Assembly (NCBI GenBank): GCA_003599855.1
Contig: QZKG01000070.1
Span: 5,698-69,697 of the forward strand
Direction of reading: 5' to 3'
DNA from: Gaiellales bacterium
GTDB lineage: Bacteria; Actinomycetota; Thermoleophilia; BMS3ABIN01
DNA length: 64,000 nt
In this document: positions 9,841 through 18,863 of the stretch, piece by piece
Numbering within the stretch: the first letter of the stretch is position 1
Layout of the letters: every line of letters begins with the position of its first letter
Position numbers and translations under genes: made by a program
Notes under the pieces: generated by a model
What the model was told of the DNA's origin: nothing
The model's input: the letters and a program-made list of their open reading frames with translations, nothing else
Databases searched by the model: none

Positions 9841-10584
9841 ATGCCATCCGCCGATTACACCAGGTACAGAAGCAGCAGGTTCGTCCGCCGCAGGCCGTTG
9901 ATGAGTCCAGGGCAACATGCGCCAGGCTGCGGCGGGGCCGGAAGCGAGCGTTTTTCCTGGGGGTGGTTCGTGAGAAAAGCGCTGGCCTTGGTGATCCTGG
10001 CCGGCATCGCCCTGTTCCTCTATGCCTGCTGGACCTTCGGCTACGGCTATTACCGGGCGAAAGTCGGACAGGGCGAACTGCGCTCGCTGTTCTCGTTCAC
10101 CGGAGACGGGTCGGTGGACGCCGGTTACGTGCGCGGCGAGGCGGAAGCCATAGCGGCCGGTCTGGCTTACCTCGATCCTGTCGGGGAGATCTCGATACCG
10201 TCCATCAATTGCGACTGGATGATCGTCGAAGGGTCCGACGACGGAGCGCTGTCCCGCGGTCCAGGGCATATCCAGGAGACCCAGCTGCCGGGGATGGGCG
10301 GCAACTTCGCCGTTGCGGGCGACCGCGTGCTCTACGGCGCCCCCTTCCTCGACCTGGATGACGTCGTGGTCGGCGACGAGGTGACCGTACGGATGCCATA
10401 TGCCACCTTCGTGTACCGCGTCAATGAGACCTTCATCGTCACCCCTGACGACACGAGTGTCCTCAGGCCGGTGGGCTACGATGCCATCACCCTGCTCACC
10501 TGCGACCCGCCCTGGGACGTCAAGCAGCGGATCGTGGTGAGGGGAGAGCTCACAGATATCCTCCCGGCCGGGACGGGCGCCTGA
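9841..10584 (+). CDS. Sortase (transpeptidase), TLxTC catalytic motif; class E-like
   Basis: N-terminal TM anchor, catalytic motif ITLLTCDPPW, conserved His region (GPGHIQETQLPG) and a downstream Arg. The start was placed at the ATG preceded by RBS GGGAGG (MPSADY...). Confidence 0.7.
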   Translation: MPSADYTRYRSSRFVRRRPLMSPGQHAPGCGGAGSERFSWGWFVRKALALVILAGIALFLYACWTFGYGYYRAKVGQGELRSLFSFTGDGSVDAGYVRGEAEAIAAGLAYLDPVGEISIPSINCDWMIVEGSDDGALSRGPGHIQETQLPGMGGNFAVAGDRVLYGAPFLDLDDVVVGDEVTVRMPYATFVYRVNETFIVTPDDTSVLRPVGYDAITLLTCDPPWDVKQRIVVRGELTDILPAGTGA

Positions 10585-10613
10585 CCGGATGCAGCCGGGA
10601 CGGGCCGAAAAAA

Positions 10614-13307
10614 CTAACGCCCGTTGCCTGTCAGTCGCACCACCAGCAGGGCGATGTCATCCCTGAGCGCCCCTCCCGCATATTCGATGGCCTCGTCGAT
10701 GAGCGCCTGGGCGATGGACTGGGATGCCTCATCGCCATTCCTGTCGACGCAGTCCAGTATCCGCTGTTCGCCGAAGGGCGCGTCGTCGGACTGCCTCGCC
10801 TCGAGCAGGCCATCGGTATACATCACCAGCACGTCCGACGGGGATACCGGCGCCTGCGTGGACAGGAATTTCTGGTCCGGGATGACCCCCAACGGCACTG
10901 CCGGCTCAGAGAGAAGCAACGACGCCTTGCCCCTGCGCGTCAGGACCGGCGGCGGGTGCCCGGCCGAGGAATAATACATCTGTGACGAGCTGTTATCGAT
11001 GAGCGCCAGGCCGACGGTGACGAATTTCTCTATCGACACCTGGTTATGGATGTTGTGGTTGAGCCGGGTGAGGCAGTCGCCGGGATGCATCCCTTCGCCG
11101 AGGTAGGCGCGCAGCATGTACTTGATCATGGCGGTATAGGTGGCGGCGGCGAGCCCCTTGCCACAGACGTCGCCGACGACCAGGGCGATCCGGCCCTGGT
11201 CCAGCTCGATGAAATCATAGAAGTCGCCGCCGACCTTGCCCAGTTGCCCCGCAGACTGGTACAGAAGACCCACGTCGATGTCGTCGCGAGACGGCGGCTC
11301 CGGCAGCAAAGCGTCCTGGAGCGTCTCGGCCACGACGTGCTCCCGCTCGAAGTTCTCGGCGCTCACGAGGGCGACGGAGCTCTGGGCCGCCAGCAGGGAG
11401 ATGATCTCCTCGTCGCTGCTCGTGAACTCCGAGCCCTCTGCCTTGTCGCTGAGCATGAACAGGCCCCGGGCCCGCCCCTTGGTATCACGGATGACGCCGG
11501 CCAGCAGGCCGCGCAGGCCGATATGCCCTGCCGGCAGCCCTTCGAAGGCATGGCCGGCATCCAGCCTCACTGTGCTGGTCTCCCTGTCGGCAAGCAGGCG
11601 GGAAAAGCGCTGATGCAGGCTGGAAGCGTCGGTCTCGACGGCGCACCGCTGGCTGTTCCAGGGCGCGTAGTGGCTGGAGACGATGGTCGATTTCCCCTCT
11701 TCTGTCAGGGTCATGATCCCGAAACCGGCGGCGGTCAGCTCGGCAGCCGCTTTGAGCACCGTCCGCAATAGCTTGTACTTGTCTGTCTCGCGGTTGAGGG
11801 ACAGCCCGACGTCGTGGAGGACCGAGAGCTGGTTGGCGTAATTCTGGCAGATGCTCCTGCTCTCGAGTTCGTCACTGAAGAGCGCGGCGTTCTTCAGTGA
11901 GAGGGAGACGACCGTGGCCAGCTTCCCGGCGAAATCCAGTTCAGCAGGGAACAGGGACCTGCCGCTCTCCCTGTAGCCGACTGCCAGCACGCCCATGACC
12001 TCATCCTGCGCGTGCAGGGGGATGAGCAGCAGCGACCCCAGCCCCATCGATTCGATGTTGTCCAGGCTTGCCTGGGCCGGGGGGGACGCTACCCTCGGAG
12101 CGCCGCCGGCCATGGCTTCGTCGAAGAGGGCAGCCTCCTCGCGGTTCAGGAGGGTCCCCCTGTAGCTGGCAGCCACACCGTAGACATGGCTGACGGACCA
12201 CCCCTGAGCGTCACTGCTGGCCACAAAGGCCTGGCCGGAACCCAGGGCGCGGGACGCCTCCACCATCGTCGCATCGATGATGCGCTCGATCTCCAGGGAG
12301 GACCCGATGATCCCGTAGATGCTGTTGAGAGCGTCGCTGAGCTGCTCGTATCGCCTGCGGCTGGTGATGTCGCGGATGATGCCGGTGAAGAAGGTTCCCT
12401 CCATCGTCTTCCAGTAAGAGAGTGACAGTTCCAGGGGGAACTCGCTGCCGTCCTTGCGGAGGCCGTGCATCTCGACGGTCCTTCCGATGACCCGGGGCAC
12501 GCCGGTCTGAAGGAACTCCCGCATGGCGCGCTGGTGGACGTCGCGGTACAGCTCGGGCATCAACATCGTGAGGTCCTGGCCGAGCACCTCAGCTTCCTCA
12601 TAACCGAAGATCTGGCGGGCGCCGTTGTTCCAGGAAACCATGCGGCCCTTCTCGTCAGCAGATATGATCGCGTCGTTGGCCGACTGGGCCAGGGACCGGA
12701 AACGCTCCTCGCTTCTCTCCAGAGACTTGACCGAGTAGTCATTGGCCAGCGCCACGGCGGCGAGTTCACCAAATACCGTAGCCAGCCTGGCATCGTTGTC
12801 GTTGAAGCCGTCCGGCTTGTTGGCGAGGCCCATCAGGCCCACCACCCGGTCATCCAGCATCAGCGGCGCGAACATCACGTTTTGCAGGTCCACATGGCCG
12901 GCAGGCATGAACTCCTGCCAGGGGCTGCCGGCGAAATCGTTTTCGTAGGCGACCCTGCCGCTGGCATACACCTCCCCGCGCAGGCCGCGGAAAGGCATGG
13001 GCAGCTCCGGGTCGACGGTGCAGGGCAGGCCGCCGGAATCCAGGAATACGACATCGACATCAGCACCGTCTTCGCTGACCAGGGCGACATAACCGCTGGT
13101 CGCGCCTGTGAGTTCCCTGGCGATGTCGAAGATTGAGTGCGCCGCGTCGCTGAAACTCTTGAATTCGGAGACAGACCGGGAGGCCGTGAGCAGCGCCGCT
13201 ATCTCCAGGTCGTGCTGACTTATCTCGCGGGCGAGTTTTTCTGTCTGCTCCCGGGATTCGCGGAGCTGCTCCAGCAGTTGCCGGCGTGTCCTGAGCCTGT
13301 CGATCAT
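10614..13307 (-). CDS. Multidomain signalling phosphatase: coiled-coil, GAF, PAS, GAF, C-terminal PP2C/SpoIIE serine phosphatase (RsbU-like)
   Basis: PAS block (DAIISADEKGRMVSWNNGARQIFGYEEAEVLGQDLTMLMP). C-terminal PP2C motifs (GGDFYDFIELDQGRIALVVGDVCGKGLAAA ... MYTDGLLEAR). 897 aa. Confidence 0.7.
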   Translation of the reverse strand: MIDRLRTRRQLLEQLRESREQTEKLAREISQHDLEIAALLTASRSVSEFKSFSDAAHSIFDIARELTGATSGYVALVSEDGADVDVVFLDSGGLPCTVDPELPMPFRGLRGEVYASGRVAYENDFAGSPWQEFMPAGHVDLQNVMFAPLMLDDRVVGLMGLANKPDGFNDNDARLATVFGELAAVALANDYSVKSLERSEERFRSLAQSANDAIISADEKGRMVSWNNGARQIFGYEEAEVLGQDLTMLMPELYRDVHQRAMREFLQTGVPRVIGRTVEMHGLRKDGSEFPLELSLSYWKTMEGTFFTGIIRDITSRRRYEQLSDALNSIYGIIGSSLEIERIIDATMVEASRALGSGQAFVASSDAQGWSVSHVYGVAASYRGTLLNREEAALFDEAMAGGAPRVASPPAQASLDNIESMGLGSLLLIPLHAQDEVMGVLAVGYRESGRSLFPAELDFAGKLATVVSLSLKNAALFSDELESRSICQNYANQLSVLHDVGLSLNRETDKYKLLRTVLKAAAELTAAGFGIMTLTEEGKSTIVSSHYAPWNSQRCAVETDASSLHQRFSRLLADRETSTVRLDAGHAFEGLPAGHIGLRGLLAGVIRDTKGRARGLFMLSDKAEGSEFTSSDEEIISLLAAQSSVALVSAENFEREHVVAETLQDALLPEPPSRDDIDVGLLYQSAGQLGKVGGDFYDFIELDQGRIALVVGDVCGKGLAAATYTAMIKYMLRAYLGEGMHPGDCLTRLNHNIHNQVSIEKFVTVGLALIDNSSSQMYYSSAGHPPPVLTRRGKASLLLSEPAVPLGVIPDQKFLSTQAPVSPSDVLVMYTDGLLEARQSDDAPFGEQRILDCVDRNGDEASQSIAQALIDEAIEYAGGALRDDIALLVVRLTGNGR

Positions 13308-13510
13308 GCTTGCGCTGCCTTCCAGGGGCAGAACCCTGGCCAGCTTACCGGCTGGTTCTCCAGCAGATCGGCATCCAGTCGCGCTTCCCCTGTGACGATC
13401 CTGACCCTCATCGAGCCTCCTGTTCGCGATGTCATATCATTGTATGCGCGGCCGCGCTTCGGCTCAAATCGGCAGGGATGGCAATGGCGGCGGCGTTCCC
13501 CGGCTGGCAT

Positions 13511-13550
13511 AAAAAAGCCCCTGCCGCGCTCCGCCCAGGCAGGGGCTTTT
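13511..13550 (-). terminator. Rho-independent terminator downstream of the superoxide reductase gene (potentially bidirectional)
   Basis: Stem GCCCCTGCC (13517-13525) / GGCAGGGGC (13538-13546), flanked by an A6 run upstream and T4 downstream. Confidence 0.55.
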
Positions 13551-13606
13551 GCCCTGACGGGCAAACCCGGTACCCCGCAGGCGCAGCCGCAGGGGCCGCC
13601 GCGCCG

Positions 13607-13966
13607 TCAGAGCGACAGTTCGACGCTGTTGGTCCAGTCGCCGTGCAGGTTGCAGCGCTCATACGCCCTCAACCTGCCGGGACCATCGACCCTGACGGAA
13701 AAGGTAACCTTGGGGTCGGTGTAGCCCCAGGTGAGGTCACACCTGCTCAGGAACCTGTCATCCAGGTAGAGGTCGATGAACTCGATGTGGTGTTCCGCTT
13801 CGTTGGGATGGGCCATCTGCTCGCCGACCCAAACCGTCACCTCGAAGAACTCGCCCGCCCTCGGCGTGCCGCCGATATGGATCATCGGCACGTGCTTCTT
13901 CTCGAGGTCAGTCATGTTGGCGAAATCCTTCACCTCGTTGATGCTGGTGGCTTGCTCGATACTCAT
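13607..13966 (-). CDS. sor: Superoxide reductase (desulfoferrodoxin/neelaredoxin family, 1Fe-SOR type)
   Basis: KKHVPMIHIGG...AHPNEAEHHIEFIDLYLDD matches the SOR ferrous-iron-binding domain (KHVP...H..E.H.I..I.L). The start was placed at the second ATG (MSIEQ), which has RBS GGAGGAG 4 nt upstream. Confidence 0.65.
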   Translation of the reverse strand: MSIEQATSINEVKDFANMTDLEKKHVPMIHIGGTPRAGEFFEVTVWVGEQMAHPNEAEHHIEFIDLYLDDRFLSRCDLTWGYTDPKVTFSVRVDGPGRLRAYERCNLHGDWTNSVELSL

Positions 13967-14121
13967 ATGCTCCTCCATTCAGCCTGTTTTGTTCCCCTTG
14001 ATACGTTGCTTGTAATAACCGGTTACCCTTGAGCTGGTCCGTTGAAACCGGTGATTCCGGTTAAAAATCACGGCGATGGGTAAAAAAGTAGTCAGACTGA
14101 CAACGAACAGGGAGGAATTTG

Positions 14122-14616
14122 ATGCAAAGGTGTACCGTGTGCGGCCAGATCATGCTACCGGGGCAGGACCCCGACAAGTGTCCCATGTGCGGCGCCCCCA
14201 GGACCAAGTTCGAGCCGTTCAGCGGCGTCGAGGGGATCGCCGGGACGAAGACGGAGGAGAACCTCAAGGCGGCCTTCGCCGGCGAGTCCCAGGCTAACCG
14301 GCGCTACCTCGCTTTCGCCCAGGCGGCCCGGGCGGCCGGAGCCGACGACATCGCCGCCATCTTCGAGGAGGCGGCGTCCGACGAGACGCTCCATGCCCAC
14401 GCCCATCTGGCTTATCTGGGCGGCATCGGTGAGTCTGCTGACAACCTCAAGGCAGCGCTGGCAGGGGAGACCTACGAGAAGGAGAGCATGTACCCCGAGT
14501 TCATCGCCACGGCTGAGGAAGAGGGGTTCGACCAGGTGGCTCAATACCTCAAGTCGGTGGCCGGCGACGAGGGGCGCCACGCGCTCAAGTACCAGAAGAT
14601 GCTCGAAGGGAGCTAG
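14122..14616 (+). CDS. rbr: Rubrerythrin-family protein with N-terminal rubredoxin-like Cys4 domain (reverse-rubrerythrin arrangement)
   Basis: N-terminal CTVCG...CPMCG zinc/iron ribbon followed by a ferritin-like di-iron domain (E..H motifs: EENLKAAFAGESQANRRY ... ETLHAHAH ... GETYEKESMYPEF ... DEGRHALKY). RBS GGGAGGAA lies upstream of the ATG. Confidence 0.65.
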   Translation: MQRCTVCGQIMLPGQDPDKCPMCGAPRTKFEPFSGVEGIAGTKTEENLKAAFAGESQANRRYLAFAQAARAAGADDIAAIFEEAASDETLHAHAHLAYLGGIGESADNLKAALAGETYEKESMYPEFIATAEEEGFDQVAQYLKSVAGDEGRHALKYQKMLEGS

Positions 14617-14645
14617 GCGCGGGGCTGAAGCTCCCGCGCGCGGCT

Positions 14646-15263
14646 TCAGTGGTGCGGGCCGGCCACCTGGATCATGGCCTCGGCTGTCAGTATCAGCGTC
14701 GCCCAGATGGCGTCCACGGGGAAGTGCTCCGGGGCGGTGTCGTCGATCAGCATCTGGCAGCGGGCCGGGAACTCCAGGTCGCCGACCCAGAGGATGATAG
14801 TGACCGGCATCCGCGGCAGCGTGGGGACCCGCACCGCGGCATCACCCTGCTCAACCTTCTCGGCCTGCAGTTCCTTCCCCGCGCGCAGGAAGTTGTCAGG
14901 GTTTGAGCCGAAATGGTGGGCCAGGACTTCGAGGGGCAGCTCGTGCGGCCCCTTGAAGAACGCCTGTCCTCCCGGAACGGATTGGGGCGCGATCAGCCTG
15001 CCGCTGGGGATGACGTCGCGGCATGACGCCACGTAGAGCGGGGCGATCAGGCTGAAGTGGGTGGAATCACCGGCATGGAAGTGGTGGTGCGGGCCGATCT
15101 CGCGGACCTGCCGCTGCTGGATGTCGACCACGAAGGGAGCCTTGAACACCTCCAGCACGAAGGCGTCCTCTTCCTCCCAGTATTCCAGGTCGCAGCGTTC
15201 GGCGATCTCCTGCGGGTCCATCGCCTCCAGCTTCTCCCATGCTGTCTTTTCACCGGCAAGCAT
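14646..15263 (-). CDS. Hypothetical protein (205 aa), His-rich termini
   Basis: Uninterrupted ORF with coding-like composition. No motif I can assign with confidence. Confidence 0.35.
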   Translation of the reverse strand: MLAGEKTAWEKLEAMDPQEIAERCDLEYWEEEDAFVLEVFKAPFVVDIQQRQVREIGPHHHFHAGDSTHFSLIAPLYVASCRDVIPSGRLIAPQSVPGGQAFFKGPHELPLEVLAHHFGSNPDNFLRAGKELQAEKVEQGDAAVRVPTLPRMPVTIILWVGDLEFPARCQMLIDDTAPEHFPVDAIWATLILTAEAMIQVAGPHH

Positions 15264-15356
15264 GGGGACAGGATATCACAGCGCGGCCGCGGCGGCTGAC
15301 GGTCGCGGGCGGCTGTGATAGATTTGCATCGTCCAACGGCTGAAGGAGATGGCTCG

Positions 15357-16022
15357 ATGTCGCTGCTGACCCGAAACCTCGACCTGTTCGACCCCCTGGA
15401 CGCCGAGATCGGCGAGCGGGGCGAGATGGCCGGACAGCTGGAGGTCATCGCTGGCCACGTCAAGCGTTGCCAGGACTGTGGCCTGCACCGCACGCGGACG
15501 CATGCGGTGCCCGGGGAGGGGGACGCGTCGTCGGGCCTGATGATCGTGGGCGAGGGCCCGGGGGAGAACGAGGACCTGCAGGGCAGGCCGTTCGTCGGCA
15601 AGGCGGGGGAGATGCTGGACCGGATACTCGTCGCCGCGGAGATAGAGCGACCGTCGGTCTTCATCACCAACGTGGTGAAATGCCGCGCCTGCGAGATGGT
15701 GGAGGGGCGGCTGCAGAATCGCGCCCCCCACATGAATGAGATCAACGCCTGCCGCCCCTACCTGGTGCGCCAGGTGGAGGTCATCCAGCCCCGGGTCATC
15801 CTCTGCCTGGGGGCGCCCGCGGGCCGGTCGGTCATCGACAGCGGCTTCAACATCACCGAGCAGCGGGGCCAATGGTTCGAAGGGCCTTACGGTTCGCGCA
15901 TCATCGCCACCTTCCATCCCGCATTCATACTGCGTCGCGGCGGCGCCGGCTCGGGCGCCAGGGACCTCAAGAAGATGGTCTGGGAGGATATCCAGAAGGT
16001 GCTGGCTTACCTTTCAGGCTGA
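15357..16022 (+). CDS. udg: Uracil-DNA glycosylase, family 4 (Fe-S cluster type)
   Basis: GEGPGENEDLQGRPFVGKAG motif (family-4 signature GEGPG..ED..G.PFVG.AG), Cys residues for a 4Fe-4S cluster, and HPAF near the C-terminus. Start placed at MSLLTRN with RBS GAAGGAG upstream. Confidence 0.7.
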   Translation: MSLLTRNLDLFDPLDAEIGERGEMAGQLEVIAGHVKRCQDCGLHRTRTHAVPGEGDASSGLMIVGEGPGENEDLQGRPFVGKAGEMLDRILVAAEIERPSVFITNVVKCRACEMVEGRLQNRAPHMNEINACRPYLVRQVEVIQPRVILCLGAPAGRSVIDSGFNITEQRGQWFEGPYGSRIIATFHPAFILRRGGAGSGARDLKKMVWEDIQKVLAYLSG

Positions 16023-16246
16023 CCGCTTTCCCCGGCCTCTTCTTCCAGGCCTTCGCCTTCCTTGAGCCGGCGCTCCTCTTCCCGTTCGCGCATCTTCCTG
16101 ATCAGCTGCTGGCGGTCACGCTGGCCTTCATGCCCGCCCTCGCCCTTCCTGTTCGCGGCCGCCTTCTCCGAGGGCGGTTGCTGGAAACCGTGCTGCTCGC
16201 TCTGGGCCGCGCGGTTCCTCTTCTTTCCCGCTGCCTTGCCGCTCAT
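16007..16246 (-). CDS. Small, highly charged Lys/Arg/Glu-rich protein (79 aa), hypothetical
   Basis: Strong RBS GGGAGGT 5 nt upstream of the ATG. Composition is low-complexity and basic. Overlaps the udg 3' end by 16 nt. Confidence 0.3.
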   Translation of the reverse strand: MSGKAAGKKRNRAAQSEQHGFQQPPSEKAAANRKGEGGHEGQRDRQQLIRKMREREEERRLKEGEGLEEEAGESGQPER

Positions 16247-16307
16247 TACTACCTCCCGGGATAGTATGACGCTCCCTGCTGATACTATTTCCGGAAACGG
16301 GGTTTTT

Positions 16308-16562
16308 CTACCAGCCCTTCAGCCCGCGGAGGAAGTCGTCGACCTTGCCGTCCAGCTGGCTCAGGTCGGCCTGGGCCTGGCTGATCCTGTGGCTGAGCTG
16401 CCGGCGCCAGTACTCGACGAACTTGCGGAAGTCGGGCAGGTCGATGGAGATCTCGTGCATCAGGCTGCCTCCGAGGTGGATGTTCTCCTCATCCATGAAG
16501 GCGAACACCTCTTCAGCCCGGATGTCGAACTCCTTGCAGATCGATTCGACGGTTATCTTCAT
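16308..16562 (-). CDS. Hypothetical small protein (~84 aa; MKITVESICKEF...)
   Basis: The ORF track extends to 16685, but the N-terminal 40 aa look non-coding. An internal Met start is more likely. No SD sequence is evident. Confidence 0.3.
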   Translation of the reverse strand: MKITVESICKEFDIRAEEVFAFMDEENIHLGGSLMHEISIDLPDFRKFVEYWRRQLSHRISQAQADLSQLDGKVDDFLRGLKGW

Positions 16563-16684
16563 GTGTGATGGTTTTGATGGTTTCCAGGGATGTACCATTA
16601 TAATGTATGAGCACACGCGCGTTTCAAGAGGAGAAACGTGGCTGCGGACATCAGCGGTTCGTGCCGGAAGGGAGCTGAGGGTCA

Positions 16685-17350
16685 ATGTGCGGTCGTTTCA
16701 CGCCGATCCCCAGGCCTCAGGTCCTGGAGGATATCAGCAGGGAGCTGGGTATCGATGTGGCCGAAGCGGTGGGCGCTCCCCCGGAACCGGAGGGCGATAT
16801 TCTCGGCCCCGGCCAGTGTCTGCCGTTCCGGGATATCGACGCGCTCCACGCCGCGGACGACGGCCGCATCATCCTGCGCCCGATGCAATGGCAGCTGATC
16901 CATGGCTGGAACCGCGAGTTCAGGTCCGACTACACCAGCTTCAACACCCGCGTCGAGAAGCTTGACAGGCCGCACAACCGGGAGCTCCTCATCCACCGGC
17001 GCTGCATCGTGCCCGTGCGGGAGTTCTTCGAGAACCGCAAGGAGGGAGGCCGTGCGGTGAGGCCGAGGGAATCCTACCATTTCACGCTCAAGGGCCGGGC
17101 GATGATCCCCCTGGGCGGCATCTATTCCATCTGGACCAATCCCGAAGACGCGGACGACCGGCGCTATAGCTGCAGCGTCATCACCATGGAGCCCAACGAG
17201 CTGATCGCGGAGATACACAACCGCATGCCTTTCATATTGCCACGCGAGGACGTCGCGACCTGGCTGGACCCCGGGATGACGGATTTCGGGGTCCTGCTGG
17301 ACATGATCGGACCATATGACCCGCAGAAGATGTCGCGCGAGCGGGAGTGA
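16685..17350 (+). CDS. SOS-response-associated peptidase (SRAP/YedK/HMCES family abasic-site processing protein)
   Basis: N-terminal MCGRF (catalytic Cys2 immediately after the initiator Met) is the SRAP hallmark. Length (221 aa) and conserved His region are consistent. Confidence 0.7.
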   Translation: MCGRFTPIPRPQVLEDISRELGIDVAEAVGAPPEPEGDILGPGQCLPFRDIDALHAADDGRIILRPMQWQLIHGWNREFRSDYTSFNTRVEKLDRPHNRELLIHRRCIVPVREFFENRKEGGRAVRPRESYHFTLKGRAMIPLGGIYSIWTNPEDADDRRYSCSVITMEPNELIAEIHNRMPFILPREDVATWLDPGMTDFGVLLDMIGPYDPQKMSRERE

Positions 17351-17399
17351 GGCGCAGCCAGGGCCGCTGCCCTGGCAAGGTTCCTGTTAGCCAAGCGAG

Positions 17400-18161
17400 T
17401 TGAAGGAGAGTTCGATGAGGAAATACAGCTGGCAGCTGACCCTGGGCGCGGGGCTGGTCGCCCTTTCCGCCCTGCTCTACTTCATCCACTACCTCATCTT
17501 CAGGGATACGCATCATATCGCCATCTACTTCCTGGGCGACGTGGCCTTTGTGCCCATCGAGGTGCTGCTGGTGACGCTCATCATCGAGGAGGTTCTCAGC
17601 AAGCGGGAGAAACGGATCAGTGACCGCAACCTGCAGATGATGGTAGGTGTCTTCTACCACGAGGTCGGCGCCAGCCTGCTCAAGCTGATGCGCCATTACA
17701 TGCCGGCGGCAGCGGAGCTCAACCGCCACCTGGAGCCCGCGGCGATGGTCGAATGGAGCGAGACGGACTATGCTCGCAAGATCAGGGAGGTGGAGGGCAT
17801 AGATACCACTTTCCTCTGCGAGGGATGCGACCTGACCCCGCTGAGGGATTTCCTCAACCGCAACCAGGAACTGCTGCTGCGCATGCTGGAGAACCCCAAC
17901 CTGTCGGGCAACGACGAGCTGGCCAGTATGCTATGGGCGATCACGCACATCTCGGACGAACTCCACGTGCGGCCTCATATCGAGAACCTCGGACACGAGG
18001 ACGCCCAGCATGTTAAGGGTGACTTCTCCCGTGCTTACGACCTGCTGCTGGTAGAGTGGTTGAAATACGTGGTGCACCTGAAGCGGGAGTACCCCTTCAT
18101 GTACCTGGCGGCATTGCGCTACGGCCCGTTCGCTCCCGGGGAAGACGACCGGCCTGCCTGA
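17400..18161 (+). CDS. Hypothetical membrane-associated protein
   Basis: Two N-terminal TM segments followed by a ~180-aa soluble domain. No recognised motif. Confidence 0.4.
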   Translation: MKESSMRKYSWQLTLGAGLVALSALLYFIHYLIFRDTHHIAIYFLGDVAFVPIEVLLVTLIIEEVLSKREKRISDRNLQMMVGVFYHEVGASLLKLMRHYMPAAAELNRHLEPAAMVEWSETDYARKIREVEGIDTTFLCEGCDLTPLRDFLNRNQELLLRMLENPNLSGNDELASMLWAITHISDELHVRPHIENLGHEDAQHVKGDFSRAYDLLLVEWLKYVVHLKREYPFMYLAALRYGPFAPGEDDRPA

Positions 18162-18210
18162 ACGGGCCGATGTCAGCCGCGGGGGCCGCCCGGCCGCAGG
18201 TGGAACGCAA

Positions 18211-18774
18211 TCAATCCAGGTAACCTGAATGGACGAGTCGCCTGGAGTAGATCGTGGCTACCACCAGGATCAGCAGGTCCGGGAGGTAGAAGAGCAGTTG
18301 GTCCGGGTCCAGATGCCAGCTCCTCGTGACGATGGCGAAGAGCGCATGAGCCGCTACCAGCAGGCCGGTGGCGGCCAGGAAAAGCACATAGCTGTACTTG
18401 CGGTAGCGCAGCAGGGATATGCCGCCGATGACAGCCAGGGCGCTGACCGCCCGGTACAGGGCGCTGAACAGGTAATCTGCCGCAGTGAGGTCCTCTTCCA
18501 GCGCAATCAGGCCAGAGAGGAGCATGATTGTGAGGACGATGGCGTAGGCGCCGTTAAGGATGAGGTAGATGCTGATTATCCAGACCAGGAACGGGCGAGC
18601 GGGCCTGTCGCCGGCCTGCCCGGTGTCTGTCTCAGCCATGCTCGAAGCCTCCGTGTCCGGGTGTCGGTCGCCGGCCGGCGCCGCCGCGGCGCGCCGCTTT
18701 CTTGCGGCAATCTTCTTCCTGGCGCGTTTATTGCTCATAAACGGGAATATTAGCAGCTTGGGCGCGCCACGCAT
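18211..18774 (-). CDS. Hypothetical integral membrane protein (4 TM), basic N-terminus
   Basis: Hydrophobic helices (FLVWIISIYLILNGAYAIVLTIMLL, LYRAVSALAVIGGISLL, YVLFLAATGLLVAAHALFAIV, LLILVVATIY). Confidence 0.4.
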   Translation of the reverse strand: MRGAPKLLIFPFMSNKRARKKIAARKRRAAAAPAGDRHPDTEASSMAETDTGQAGDRPARPFLVWIISIYLILNGAYAIVLTIMLLSGLIALEEDLTAADYLFSALYRAVSALAVIGGISLLRYRKYSYVLFLAATGLLVAAHALFAIVTRSWHLDPDQLLFYLPDLLILVVATIYSRRLVHSGYLD

Positions 18775-18863
18775 AACCGCCGGCTTTCCTGCCGCCTTGA
18801 TAAACTGCTGTCGCCCGGCGCGGCTCTTGCGTATTATTGAACAAAACAGTGAGGAGAAGGCCG

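Noticed and set aside
13310-14032. Track ORF 13310..14032 (+, 240 aa) and other 100-280-aa antisense ORFs (for example 1530..2189, 5134..5979, 11046..11771, 21019..22668, 28411..29166, 30103..32103)
   Set aside because: All lie antisense to or overlapping well-supported genes, are Arg/Ala/Pro/Gly-rich low-complexity translations, and lack start-site signals. They are expected background in 65% GC DNA.
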